A stretch of 64,000 nucleotides of DNA from Balanoglossus misakiensis (GCA_040954595.2 JBECUI020000034.1:124001-188000), one strand, 5' to 3'; shown: positions 10,689 to 22,316, counted from the stretch's first letter. Translations and numbers: made by a program. The notes: generated by a model not told the origin, from the sequence alone.

Positions 10689-12363
10689 TTAACTCGTGCA
10701 TGCGCCGGTGCTTGCAGAGCCAACCAGTTTTGCATATTTGTACAATGCCCCATGTTGGACCTTCAGGTCGGGCTGTACCCAATCTTTTTTTCGCTTTTCC
10801 AACTCTTCCTTATCGACATTGACAGATAAGGTCTTCTTACCAGTGCTAATAGTAACGAGATCACCATCGCGTAAGAATGCAATCGGACCTCCAACCTGTG
10901 CTTCCGGTGTAACGTGTCCAACCACCATACCATGACTTCCTCCGGAAAAACGTCCATCCGTAATAAGTGCTACATCTTTTAAGAGACCGGCACCTGCAAT
11001 AGCGGACGTGGGGGCGAGCATCTCACGCATGCCCGGGCCTCCCTTGGGGCCTTCATTGCGAATAACAAGCACATCCTTTTTCTTGATAGATCCTGATAAT
11101 ATCGCCTGCAATGCATCTTCTTCGCATTCAAAGACTCGGGCTGGTCCTGTATGTTCTATAAATTCAAGCCCACATGTTTTTAGAACTGCACCCATAGGTG
11201 CCAGATTGCCGTGGAGAATACAGAATGGACCGGTTTTTTGTTTTGGTTTATTGAACGGAAGCATGACCGACTGCCCATCTAGTTTGACCGAGACCTTTTC
11301 AAGATTTTCTCCTATTGTACGACCATTTACAGTTAGACAATCAGCGTGCAACAAGCCTTCTTCTAATAGCGTCTTCATAACTGCCTGAACCCCGCCAACT
11401 CGGTACAAATCCGACATAACATATGCTCCGGCTGGTTTCATATCTGCAATGATGGGAGTAGTGTCGTAAAATGTATTAAAGTCGTCAATGCTTAGGGTAA
11501 TTTCCGATTCTCGTGCTAATGCCAATAAGTGAAGCACAGCATTGGTTGAACCGCCTATAGCCATGACGACTCGTATTGCATTTTCAAACGATTTGCGAGT
11601 AAGAATGTCGGAGGGACAAATATTTTTGTTAATACAGGTAAGAAGAGCATGACAACTGTCGGTAAGAATTTCTTTCCTTTCGGGTGCAAGTGCAGGAATG
11701 GATGCGCAGTGAGGAACCGTCATCCCAATAGCTTCCATAGCTGATGCCATCGTATTCGCTGTGTACATTCCCCCACATGCGCCGGCGCCAGGGCATGCCG
11801 CACATTCAATTTCATGACGCTCTTTTTCATCTATCTTCCCGGCATAGTATGCACCAACCGCTTCAAATGCCGATACAATATCAACATCCTTGCCCCGATG
11901 TTTTCCAGGTGCAATCGTTCCGCCGTAAACAAATACTGCCGGTACATTCATACGACGTAGCCCCATAACTGTTCCAGGAATAGTTTTATCGCAACCACCG
12001 AATCCCAAAAGGGCGTCCATTTGGTGTCCGATTGCATCAAGTTCAATAATATCAGCAATAGTTTCTCGTGATATCAGAGATGCACGCATACCTGCATGTC
12101 CCATTGCTTCACCATCGGTAATAACAAATGTATGAAAAGTCATTGTCATAACGTCGTTATCACGAAGGATTTTTTTAGAGTAATCCGCTAACGCATCAAG
12201 ATGAAGATTACATGGTCCGACATCACTGCCGGAGCTAGCAATACCAACTATTGGCTTGTTAAAGTCTTTATCTGTAAAGCCAACTGCCCGAAGCATGGCT
12301 CGATTAGCAGTTCCGAGCAAGACCTTCGGTCATGTTTTTACTTATTTTATTTTTTCCTGTCAT
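10689..12363 (-). CDS. ilvD: Dihydroxy-acid dehydratase (frameshift near 12312)
   Basis: [41 protein letters not shown]; probable start ATG 12363 overlaps the leuD stop (ATGA). Confidence 0.95.
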
Positions 12364-12971
12364 TGATTAACTCCAAATCGCGTGTAGGGGAGAGAATTGT
12401 ATGTTTTTTCTATTTCCTTACGTGCAGACATAAGCATTTCGGTAGAATCCCATGTTCCGCCCAACAATGCACGTAAATAGTTTTCCTGCATGCTTATCGG
12501 ATGTGTTTGATTGTCGACTTGCAAGATCTTATTTTTTAAATCAAGCAGGAAATGAATATCGGGATTTGTACGCACGAGTTGCTGTAGGGTTTCAATTCTA
12601 CTGTGGTCAATTTCAGCTACGGGTATGCCAAGTGCAATACAGTTCGCAGCAAAAATTTCTGCAAAGGATTCCCCAACGATTGCTTTAATTCCGAAGTCCC
12701 TCAATGATTGGGGTGCATGTTCACGCGAAGAACCACAACCAAAATTTTTATTAACAAGAAGAATTTCGCCATTCTTGTATTGGTTGAATGGGTGTTTTTT
12801 TTCAGTTCCGTCCGAATTGTAACGCAAGTCGTAAAAAGCATACTTGCCAATGCCACGAAAACTGGTAAGTTTTAAGTACCGTGCTGGAATAATTTGATCA
12901 GTATCAATATCTATGCCGGGTAGAGGAAGTCCTCGTCCTGATATTCTTTCTATTATTGGCAGTGCATCCAT
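12360..12971 (-). CDS. leuD: 3-isopropylmalate dehydratase small subunit
   Basis: DIDTDQIIPARYL, NFGCGSSREHA, SFAEIF. Confidence 0.96.
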   Translation of the reverse strand: MDALPIIERISGRGLPLPGIDIDTDQIIPARYLKLTSFRGIGKYAFYDLRYNSDGTEKKHPFNQYKNGEILLVNKNFGCGSSREHAPQSLRDFGIKAIVGESFAEIFAANCIALGIPVAEIDHSRIETLQQLVRTNPDIHFLLDLKNKILQVDNQTHPISMQENYLRALLGGTWDSTEMLMSARKEIEKTYNSLPYTRFGVNQ

Positions 12972-12982
12972 CTGTTCTCCTC

Positions 12983-14376
12983 CTATCGAAAATCTCGTAT
13001 ATCGGTAATTGAGCCGGTAACGGCAGCTGCTGCTACCATTGCAGGGCTCATAAGAATAGTTCTCCCGCTCGGAGAGCCCTGTCTGCCGATAAAATTTCTA
13101 TTTGAGCTACTTGCACATATTTCTCGTTCCTTCAGTTTGTCGGGATTCATGGCAAGGCACATAGAACAACCTGCTCCGCGCCATTCAAAGCCACTTTCTT
13201 GGAAAACTTTGTCCAACCCTTCCTGCTCTGCTTGTCGGCTTACCTGTTTGGAGCCGGGAACAACGATTGCCCGTACCGAATTGGCTACTGTTTTACCTTT
13301 TACAATAGCTGCAGCCTCGCGAAGATCGCTGATACGACCGTTCGTGCATGAACCGAGAAATGCTACATCAATCTTCTTGTTCAACATAGGGCTGTCCGGT
13401 TCCCAGCCTGTATGTTCGTATGCCTTTTGTGCAATTTCCCGTTCTCCCTCCGGTAACCGGTCAATTCTTGGTATCTTTTGACTGATGGGCATACATTGTC
13501 CTGGAGTTATACCCAAGTAACCATCGGTTCAAAGGAATCTGCATTAAATTCAACTACATCATCATAGCTTGCATTATCATGCGAAGCTAAGGATGACCAA
13601 AAGGAGACTGCATCATCAAAATTTTCTTCCGAAGGGGCATACTTTCTGCCGCGAAGATAATTAAATGTTGTTTCGTCAGGAGTTACATACCCGGCGCGGG
13701 CACCACCTTCGATACTCATATTGCAGATTGTCATGCGTTCTTCCATACTCAGGGCATCGATCGCAGTTCCGCCGTATTCATAGGTATATCCAATACCGCC
13801 CTTCACGGTTAGTTTGCCAATAATAGTAAGAATAATGTCTTTCGCATATACTCCCGCAGGAAGTTTCCCATTAATTGTTATTCTTCGTACCTTTGGCCGA
13901 TTAATTGCGATGCTCTGACTTGCGAGTACATCTCGTATTTGAGATGTACCAATGCCAAATGCAATGGCACCAAATGCACCATGGGTGGCAGTGTGACTAT
14001 CTCCACAAACAATGGTCATACCAGGCTGAGTGAGCCCGAGTTCAGGACCGATGATATGTACAATGCCTTGATAATCCGTATCAAGCGAAAAGAATTTGAT
14101 GCCAAACTCTGCAGTATTCTTTTCAAGTGCACGTATCATTTTTTCAGCAAGCTCATCTTGAAAGGGTCGTTCCCATTCATTGGTTGGAACAATATGATCT
14201 ATTGTTGCAAATGTATGCGATGGATACATAACCGTCAAATTACGGTCTCGTAGCATCTGAAATGCCTGTGGCGAGGTTACTTCGTGAATCAGGTGCATGC
14301 CAATAAATAATTGATCCTGACCATTCGGCAATGTTCGTATCTTGTGCATGTCCCATACAGTATCAAATAAATTCAT
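12983..14376 (-). CDS. leuC: 3-isopropylmalate dehydratase large subunit (frameshift near 13510)
   Basis: [39 protein letters not shown]; adding one G restores VTWGITPGQ. Confidence 0.95.
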
Positions 14377-14895
14377 TTATACTCCTCCTTGCATATTCAT
14401 ATTTGTAAATCCTTTATCACGGATCATAAGGACCTTTCCGGTTCTCATCCACTCTAATACGCCGTAGGGAGCAAATATTTTGCGAACCCTTTCTATCCGC
14501 TCCGAGGGACCTATTACTTCTATAACAACAACCGTATCGTCGATATCGATTATATCACATTTCAGCGCGTATGCCATCTGTAATATTTCATTTCTGTTTT
14601 TTTCTACACAAGAAATTTTCATAAGTGCAAGTTCGCGCTTAATAATGTTTCGATCAGTTGTATCAATAGCATGTACGACATCTACCAATCGCTGTATTTG
14701 CTTCATAACATTTTCAAAGTTTTCAGTTCCCCCGATACTGGTCATATTCAGTACGGAAAAGCGTGGATCGGGAGACGGCGATACAATAAGGCTGTCAATA
14801 TTGTATCCTCGACGAGAAAAAATAAGTGCAATGCGGTTTAATGTCCCCGGCTTATTTGCTACCAGCATGCTAATCGAATGTTCTTTTATTTCCAT
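14377..14895 (-). CDS. ilvN: Acetolactate synthase small (regulatory) subunit
   Basis: ACT domain NKPGTLNRI..FSRRGYNIDSL; RELALMKI; MRTG. Confidence 0.95.
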   Translation of the reverse strand: MEIKEHSISMLVANKPGTLNRIALIFSRRGYNIDSLIVSPSPDPRFSVLNMTSIGGTENFENVMKQIQRLVDVVHAIDTTDRNIIKRELALMKISCVEKNRNEILQMAYALKCDIIDIDDTVVVIEVIGPSERIERVRKIFAPYGVLEWMRTGKVLMIRDKGFTNMNMQGGV

Positions 14896-16603
14896 TATGT
14901 ACTCCCCTTTGGTTTTTCTAGTTTGTGTTTTGGTGCTTCTATAAGCATTTCGCTGTAAGCTGCTCCGGCAGGAATCATCGGATATACATTATCTTCTTTT
15001 TCCACATCAACGTCAACAAGACAGGGGCCTTCGTTGTAATCTAAAGCTGCTTGAACAATCTTGCGTACATCAGCACTTCTCTTTATACGAAATGCCCTTA
15101 CCCCATAACTTTCTGCAAGCTTGACAAAATTAGGGTTGCCCTTGAGATCTACGCCCGAAAGCCTGTTCTCATAAAATAATTCTTGCCATTGTCGTACCAT
15201 ACCGAGGTAATGATTATTAATAACTATTATTTTTACGGGAAGTTTATGTAATGCACATGTTGCTAACTCGGATAGGGTCATTTGAAACCCCCCATCTCCT
15301 ACAATAGCCAAGACTGTTTTTCCGGACGAGCAATTTGTGCACCAATTGCAGCGGGAAATCCAAAGCCCATGGTTCCTGCACCACCGGAGGATATCCAATG
15401 AAAGCGCTCACTAGTTTTATAAAACTGAGCCGCCCACATCTGATGCTGTCCAACATCGGTCGTTACAATGGCCTCCCCGCGTGTTTTTTCATAGAACACA
15501 TTGATAACATGTTCTGCTTTCAATTTTCCTCCCTGCTTGTATTTTAGGGGATACATCTGTTTCCACTTCTGCACTCGTTTGTTCCACTCTTTTGTATCTC
15601 CCGCAGTGGCAACCGCAGCAATACGTTCAACTACCTGGTCCGCATCGCCTGCGATATTGATGTCGATTGTTAGGACCTTGTTAAATTCACTGGGGTCAAT
15701 GTCGACATGAATTTTCTTTGCTCCCATACAGAATTGAACGATATCCCCGGTAATGCGATCATCCCAACGAGAACCGATAGACATAATGAGATCACAGTGA
15801 TCCACAGCCTTGTTTGCATAGGCAGTACCATGCATACCCAGCATGCCGAGACTAAGCGTATGTGTTTCAGGGAAACAACCTTTCCCAAGGAGGGTATTGG
15901 TAACGGGAATACTGAGTTTTTCAGCAAGATAACGTACTGATTTTTCAGCTCCGGAAATAACTGCCCCATGTCCGACAAGAAGTAAGGGTTTCGATGCACG
16001 ACTCAGCATTAATGCTGCCTCTTCAATAAGTTCTTGATTAGGCGATTGAGGAAATGTATACCCCGGTATATCAGGTTTTCCTACATAGGGGGTCTCTAAG
16101 GTCGCACTCGCTACGTTCTTTGGAACATCAATAAGAACAGGACCGGGTCGTCCACTCTGAGCAATATAGAATGCCTCCTGCATAATTCGCGGTAGATCTT
16201 CTACATTGCGCACTAAGTAAGAGTGTTTCACTACAGGGTAGGTAATGCCAGAGACATCGGTTTCCTGAAAGGCATCTAGTCCTAGATTCCAGGTAGTCTG
16301 CTGTCCCGTTATAATAATCATGGGAATCGAATCCATAAGGGCTGTAAGAATACCGGTTACAGTATTAGTAGCCCCAGGTCCGGAGGTTACCAATACCACT
16401 GCAGGCTTTCCACATGCACGGGCATATCCATCCGCCATATGGGTTGCCCCTTGTTCATGTCGGGTGAGAATGAACTTAATTGGTGAAGACACCAATGCAT
16501 CAAAGATAGGAATGGCTGCGCCACCAGGAAGCCCGAATATGTATTCACAGCCATGTTCATGTATTGCATCAACAATAATTTCGGCACCATTTTTTATACT
16601 CAT
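14895..16603 (-). CDS. ilvB: Acetolactate synthase large subunit (frameshift near 15320)
   Basis: FGLPGG, RHEQGA, TSGPGATN, GMLGMHG, DVGQHQMW, GDGGFQM..NN TPP motif. Confidence 0.95.
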
Positions 16604-16681
16604 ACGTAATTTCTCCCTATTACATTAGTTTTTTATAAGCATATCTTAGCAGATGCTAAAACTTATACTTAGTTAGTATAC

Positions 16682-16711
16682 ATTTTTATCATGTTTCAAT
16701 ATAAATGTCAA
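16682..16711 (-). promoter_or_regulatory. Putative sigma70 promoter of the ilv-leu block
   Basis: TTGACA-17 bp-TAAAAA(T) with TGn extension, about 80 bp upstream of ilvB. Confidence 0.55.
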
Positions 16712-16947
16712 TACTTTGCTTAAAGTAATAGCGAAATATTTTTAGACTTCACATTTTAGAAAAAAAATTACTGTTTATGCCTATAAATAGAAGTAAAATC
16801 GGGTATAGGTATAAGAAGCGCAATAAATCAGTATAAAAAGTAAAATCTTTTGTCGGTTCAATTTTTATTGTCATTTCTTATTCCACAATATAGCGAAACT
16901 CCAAGGATTAGCTATTCTACCCCATATTTTTTTGTAAAGATTTTATC

Positions 16948-16976
16948 TTGTTTCTATTTCTTAATGCCTATATACT
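16948..16976 (+). promoter_or_regulatory. Putative sigma70 promoter, leaderless type
   Basis: TTGTTT-17-TATACT, then 6 nt to ATG 16983; no SD. Confidence 0.55.
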
Positions 16977-16982
16977 GTGTAT

Positions 16983-17999
16983 ATGAATGCTGAATTATTT
17001 TCAGAATTTCTGCAGCAGCGGCGTGCTTCCATGCTTAGCTGTATCCATGATACGTGGCAGGAACGTTGCAAGCACTTAGACAGGATAGATCCGTGGACAA
17101 CTGAAAAACTACAATATTTTTCCGACTATCTAGGAGCAGGAAAATTGCTGCGGGGCAGCCTTTATCTGCTTGCGTCGAAATTTTTTTCACTGGATTCTCA
17201 TCTTCCAATTGCGGCTGCTATGGAATATATTCAGTCTTTTCTCTTGGTCCATGATGATATTATGGATAAGAGTGATAGGAGGCGTGGACTTTCCAGTGCT
17301 CATAAGTACTACAGTCAGTTTTGGGATGCAGATGATGCAGAGCATTTCGGTCATGCACAGGCCATTTGCCTTGGTGATATATTTTTGCTCTGTGCATATC
17401 ATCTGATTGGAAGCAGCAATATTTCCGACAAACATCATCGCAGCATTAGTAATCTCATTGCCCAAGAATTGACGCAGGTATGTGCTGCACAGATGCTTGA
17501 TATTCGAATGAGCCATCAGAAAACATCAGTTGATATTCTCTATACCATGTATCGCTATAAGACCGCGCGTTATACTTTCAGTCTTCCCTTCCTCGTTGCA
17601 TCATGCCTTGCCGATGCAAGCGAGAAGGTCAGTGCAACATTTGCTGCACTCGGCGAAGCGCTGGGCATTCTCTTTCAAATACGGGACGATATTCTTGATA
17701 TCAGCACGCTGGACATGGGGAAGCCAGGTGGACTTGATATTGCTGCAAATAAACATACAGCAGTGCGCTATGTACTGGAATTACATAAGCATCCGGCATC
17801 TGCCTGCTTTCAAGAAACTCCAACGCCAGAGGTACTAGAAAAACTTCGAATGGCCTGTAGTGAACCGGAAATAAAGGCAGAACTAGATGTCATGATTACA
17901 GAGCAACGAATAGAAGCTGAGCGGCATCTACAGGTCCTTGTCAATTTTGGTTCAGATACCAGCCTCTTTTATTCACTCCTTGCCTGGTTACAGAATTAG
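16983..17999 (+). CDS. Polyprenyl (probably short-chain FPP/GGPP) diphosphate synthase
   Basis: GKLLRG, FARM HDDIMD..RRG, KTARYT, SARM QIRDDILD. Confidence 0.9.
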   Translation: MNAELFSEFLQQRRASMLSCIHDTWQERCKHLDRIDPWTTEKLQYFSDYLGAGKLLRGSLYLLASKFFSLDSHLPIAAAMEYIQSFLLVHDDIMDKSDRRRGLSSAHKYYSQFWDADDAEHFGHAQAICLGDIFLLCAYHLIGSSNISDKHHRSISNLIAQELTQVCAAQMLDIRMSHQKTSVDILYTMYRYKTARYTFSLPFLVASCLADASEKVSATFAALGEALGILFQIRDDILDISTLDMGKPGGLDIAANKHTAVRYVLELHKHPASACFQETPTPEVLEKLRMACSEPEIKAELDVMITEQRIEAERHLQVLVNFGSDTSLFYSLLAWLQN

Positions 18000-18578
18000 T
18001 TCTCGCATACCATTTTGAGAAAGTACTGGTGTAAGCGCTTATCGTCGGTTAACTCGCAATGAAATGTAGCCCCGAGCATTTTCTTCTCCCCGAACAAGGA
18101 TTGGATATTTGTTGTAATATGCCAACGTTGTTACTGTTTCCCCAACTGAGTGAATAATTGGAGCACGAATAAAACAAGTGTGGACTGGTTTAATGCCAAG
18201 TGTAGGCATTAAGATATCTGCTTCGAAACTGCTAGTCTGCCGTCCGTAAGCATTTCGCTTAATGTCAATGTCCAAAAGAGCAATATGAGGGAGGGCGCTA
18301 TCAATAATATTTTTTGCCAACATAATACATCCTGCACAGGTGCCAAATACGGGCAGCCCGTTCTGTATAACTGTCTTTATTGAAGAAAGCAAATTCTTTT
18401 TTTGCATAAGGTGTGAGATAGTACTGCTTTCACCACCGGGAATAATGAGCCCATCCAGATCTTGGAGATCCTCCTTGCTTCGGACAAGTCGTGGATATGC
18501 ATGAATCCCTGTGAGAATATTACAATGAAGAGCAAAATCACCTTGCAGGGCAAGTACCCCGATGGTTTTACCACCCAC
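17996..18578 (-). CDS. pdxT: PLP synthase glutaminase subunit (frameshift near 18088)
   Basis: GVLALQG, IPGGES, GTCAG, RNAYGRQ, FIRAP; C-terminal ATFHCEL read in the adjacent frame. Confidence 0.93.
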
Positions 18579-19461
18579 GATGGGACATTTTTTCCATTTC
18601 CGGCATGCTTGCGGTTGCAATGCCATGCATAGGTTCGCCAAGATCGTAGGATAGGCGGGCAAGTTTTTCAGGGTCATCGTAGGCAGCAACTGCTTCTACG
18701 ATTGCAGCCGCGCGTTTGGCCGGATCATTTGACTTGAAAATGCCTGAGCCTACAAAAACAGCCTGTGCACCGAGGCGAATCATTAATGCCGCATCAGCAG
18801 GGCTTGCAACGCCCCCGGCTGAAAAATTAGGCACGGGCAGGGTGCCCGATTCTGCGACTGAACGAACAAGATCAAAGGGTGCATTTAGTTCTTTTGCTGC
18901 AGTTACTAATTGTTCCTTGTTAAGAACTGTAAGTTTGCGAATGCTGTCGACAACATTGCGCATATGTCGTACCGCTTCGACGATATCGCCGGTTCCAGCT
19001 TCCCCCTTAGTACGAATCATAGCTGCCCCCTCAGCGATACGACGTAGGGCTTCGCCGAGATTACGACAGCCACAGACAAAGGGCACCTTAAAACGATGCT
19101 TATCAATGTGATAATGCTGATCGGCTGGGGTCAAAACCTCACTTTCATCAATGAAATCAATTTCCAATGCTTCCAAAATTTCTGCTTCAACAAAATGTCC
19201 GATTCTACATTTAGCCATAACGGGAATTGATACGGTCTGTTGTATCTCTTCAATAATTTTGGGGTCAGACATACGAGCCACTCCACCGGTAGCTCTAATA
19301 TCAGCCGGTACCCGTTCCAATGCCATAACCGCCTGTGCACCGGATTGTTCGGCAATAGCGGCCTGTTCCGCATTGGTGACGTCCATAATAACGCCTCCCT
19401 TGAGCATTTCTGCTAAACCAACCTTTGTTTTCCACGTCCCTGTTACTGATTTATTATCCAT
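18568..19461 (-). CDS. pdxS: PLP synthase lyase subunit
   Basis: [48 protein letters not shown]. Confidence 0.97.
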   Translation of the reverse strand: MDNKSVTGTWKTKVGLAEMLKGGVIMDVTNAEQAAIAEQSGAQAVMALERVPADIRATGGVARMSDPKIIEEIQQTVSIPVMAKCRIGHFVEAEILEALEIDFIDESEVLTPADQHYHIDKHRFKVPFVCGCRNLGEALRRIAEGAAMIRTKGEAGTGDIVEAVRHMRNVVDSIRKLTVLNKEQLVTAAKELNAPFDLVRSVAESGTLPVPNFSAGGVASPADAALMIRLGAQAVFVGSGIFKSNDPAKRAAAIVEAVAAYDDPEKLARLSYDLGEPMHGIATASMPEMEKMSHRGW

Positions 19462-19467
19462 AGCAAT

Positions 19468-19534
19468 ACTATATCAGGGAAATCTGTTTACTACAATAAA
19501 TTGTTTTTATTTTTCATCTTTGATAGAGTAGAAT
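19468..19534. promoter_or_regulatory. Back-to-back promoters for pdxS (-) and yggS (+)
   Basis: Minus strand: TTGTAG-17-TATAGT (TGn), 6 nt before the pdxS ATG. Plus strand: TTGTTT-17-TAGAGT (TGn), with an overlapping TAGAAT just before ATG 19540. Confidence 0.55.
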
Positions 19535-19539
19535 ACGCG

Positions 19540-20246
19540 ATGTTTTCATCAAATCAAAACGATTGCAGATCGTATTTCTTTAATTCGTTATGCAATAGCA
19601 TCTTCTTGTTCGCGTTATGGAAGGAATGAAAATTCCGTGCAGATTATGGCAGTGAGTAAAACAAGGAGTTTGTCGGAAATACATGCGGCAGAGAAGGCAG
19701 GCATTGCTCTCTTTGGCGAGAATCGTGTACAGGAAGCAGGATTAAAATTTCAATCACCCCCAAGTTTTGATCTGCACCTGATTGGACATCTCCAGCGTAA
19801 TAAAGCGAAGCTCGCTACCGTTCTCTTTTCATGCATTCAGTCCGTTGATTCATTGAGAGTTGCTCAGAGCATCAATATTCAAGCAGAAAAACAAGACAAG
19901 GTTATAGACATTATGTTACAATTAAATGTCTCAGGGCTGCAGGGAAAGCATGGGTTTATAACGGCCAAGGACTTGTTATTATGTGCAGATGAATTGCATA
20001 GTTGTAAAAATCTTTCTTGTACCGGGCTTATGGCAGTAGGACCTCTTGGTCAGCCACCGGTTGAAGTAGGGAAGGCCTTTTGCATTGCTCCGACATACCA
20101 GTGAAGAACTGGCACGAAATCACCCGGAATTTCCACTCGGAGAACTTTCGATGGGCATGTCGGCTGATTACGATATTGCTATAGCAGAAGGTGCAACAAT
20201 CGTTCGACTGGGGACTGCTATTTTTTCTGAGCGTAGTTATGAATAA
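19540..20246 (+). CDS. yggS: YggS-family PLP homeostasis protein (two apparent indels)
   Basis: AVSKT, FGENRVQE, HLIGHLQRNK, IQSVDS; LSMGMSADY..AIAEGATIVRLGTAIF in the next frame. Confidence 0.92.
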
Positions 20247-20625
20247 ATATATTGCTGGCATGCTTATTATCTTATTTTCTGTTACCCTTCTTCCCGCACA
20301 GGAAATCGTTCCCATTCCCTATGATCAGGACGAATTTTCACCGTGGATGCATGATCTTCGGCGTACCGAAGCAATTCTCTTTGGGGTGCTTCCGCTTACG
20401 ATATTCTACGCAACCATTGGCTATGATGTGTATCGGTTCAGTAATCATGCAGCTACAACTGGAAATTTTGAAAGTTCTTATCTGCCTTCGGCAATATCAG
20501 CCAATCATGCACCCTTTTCCAGTAGTGATGAACAGATCATCGTCTGGACAGCATTAGGCATGGCTGCAGGCGTTGCCATCATTGATCTTATTATTTACCT
20601 TGTTCGCGAAAGAGCCAGAAATTAA
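20239..20625 (+). CDS. Small conserved membrane protein (spirochaete hypothetical)
   Basis: Signal peptide, PIPY..EF..W..LRRTE..FG.LP motif, C-terminal TM. Confidence 0.7.
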   Translation: MNKYIAGMLIILFSVTLLPAQEIVPIPYDQDEFSPWMHDLRRTEAILFGVLPLTIFYATIGYDVYRFSNHAATTGNFESSYLPSAISANHAPFSSSDEQIIVWTALGMAAGVAIIDLIIYLVRERARN

Positions 20626-21562
20626 TGCAAAGAACATTTGTTTTTTCAATCAATGAAATTCAAAAAGGAATGAGGCTAGACCAGTATCTTAGTCGTCTTG
20701 GCATTGTTGCGAGTAGAAGTCAGTTAAAAAAGCGATTGCATAACCTTCGAGTAAACGGTAGCCCGGCGAAGTATTCAAACATCCTTGTTTCCGGAGACAG
20801 GATTGAGGGGATCATTGATGTACCTGAACCATCCCATCTGCTTGCCGAAGCACTTGAGTTAGACACCCTTTACGAGGATGACAATGTTTTAGTTATAAAC
20901 AAAGAACAAGGGATTGTCGTTCATCCAGGTGTGGGACATAGCCATGGAACTCTTGCCAATGCCTTACAGCATCATCTGCAGGAAATTTCAAATAATGAAC
21001 GCCCCGGCATTGTGCATCGTCTTGATAAAGATACCTCGGGGGTCATAATTTTTGCAAAAAATGTACATACACATGGTTATCTTGCTGATCAGTTTAAGCA
21101 ACGCAGTGTTCGGAAGCGCTATCTTGCCATTCTTAAGGGAATGCCTCGGCAAAATTCAGGAACCATTCAAACACGTTTGCGTCGCAATCCCCGATCTCGT
21201 ATCACTTTTATGACCGATACCACCCGTGGAAGAGATGCAATAACCTATTACAAGGTGCTTCGTATTTTTGATGGCTATACTTTGTTCTCCTGGAACCGAA
21301 AACAGGCAGGACACATCAGTTACGCGTGCATATGCAATCGTTGGGATCGCCGGTACTTGGGGATCCATTGTATGCACGAAAGGATAAGAATTTTCCAGAT
21401 CTGTCTATGATGTTACATGCCTATGAGCTTGTTATCAGTATTCCACCAAGTGGAGATCGAAAATATTTTTGTGCAGAACCCCCAAAAAGCTTTCATGCTT
21501 GCTTACATAGCTTGGGTTATGACCTTGAAATTCCATGTGCAAAACCGTTAGAATTAGTATAA
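20625..21562 (+). CDS. rluD: RluA/RluD-family pseudouridine synthase (frameshift near 21290)
   Basis: S4 domain [30 protein letters not shown] in the second frame. Confidence 0.9.
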
Positions 21563-22312
21563 ATGGAACCAGTTGTATTTATTGATTCCGGTATTGGAGG
21601 ACTTGCCTATCTGCAATCTGTACGGCAAATGCTGAAGCAAGAATATATCTACATTGCCGACACCGCATCTTTTCCGTATGGCGAAAAAAATGCTTTGCAA
21701 GTTCTCAGTTCTCTGCGATCTATTATTCATGCACTGTTTGAGATCTCAAATCCTCAGGTTATTGTATTGGCGTGTAATACCGCGAGTGTTCTCTGTCTCG
21801 AGCAGTTGCGGGAAGATTTTCCCACAACTCAGTTCATTGGAGTGGTTCCCGCGGTTAAACCAGCAAAGGATTCGAAGCGGATCCTCATTCTTTCAAGTCT
21901 TCAAACCGCGGTAGATAAGTACACGTATGATCTTATTAGTAAATTTGCTTGCGATTCTTCTATTGTTACGCTCCCGGCACCGAATCTTATTCGAGCGGTT
22001 GAAGAGTACTTTCCCAACCTTTCGGCGACACAGTTGATGAACAATTTTCATACCTGTATAAAAGCAATCAATACAAGTGGGGCAGATGGGCTAGTATTAG
22101 CCTGTACTCATTTCTTGCATCTTCAGAAAGAATTTCAGAGATGTCTGCCCAATATACGTATCTTCGATTCTCTAGCGGGAGTATCCAATCGACTCTATTC
22201 CCTTGTTCAGTCTCGCTTACATGAACGTGCAATCCTGTATACCAGTAGTGTTTCTCAGCGATACGAGAAGATAGCCGAGCATTTTAGCATGGAGTATCGT
22301 GGTGTCTTCTGA
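21563..22312 (+). CDS. murI: Glutamate racemase
   Basis: DSGIGGL, PYGEK, ACNTAS, LACTHF. Confidence 0.95.
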   Translation: MEPVVFIDSGIGGLAYLQSVRQMLKQEYIYIADTASFPYGEKNALQVLSSLRSIIHALFEISNPQVIVLACNTASVLCLEQLREDFPTTQFIGVVPAVKPAKDSKRILILSSLQTAVDKYTYDLISKFACDSSIVTLPAPNLIRAVEEYFPNLSATQLMNNFHTCIKAINTSGADGLVLACTHFLHLQKEFQRCLPNIRIFDSLAGVSNRLYSLVQSRLHERAILYTSSVSQRYEKIAEHFSMEYRGVF

Positions 22313-22316
22313 TCCA

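Noticed and set aside
16604-16980. Attenuator, leader peptide or T-box upstream of ilvB
   Set aside because: I saw no Leu/Ile/Val-rich leader ORF, T-box motif or terminator hairpin; only an AT-rich divergent promoter region.
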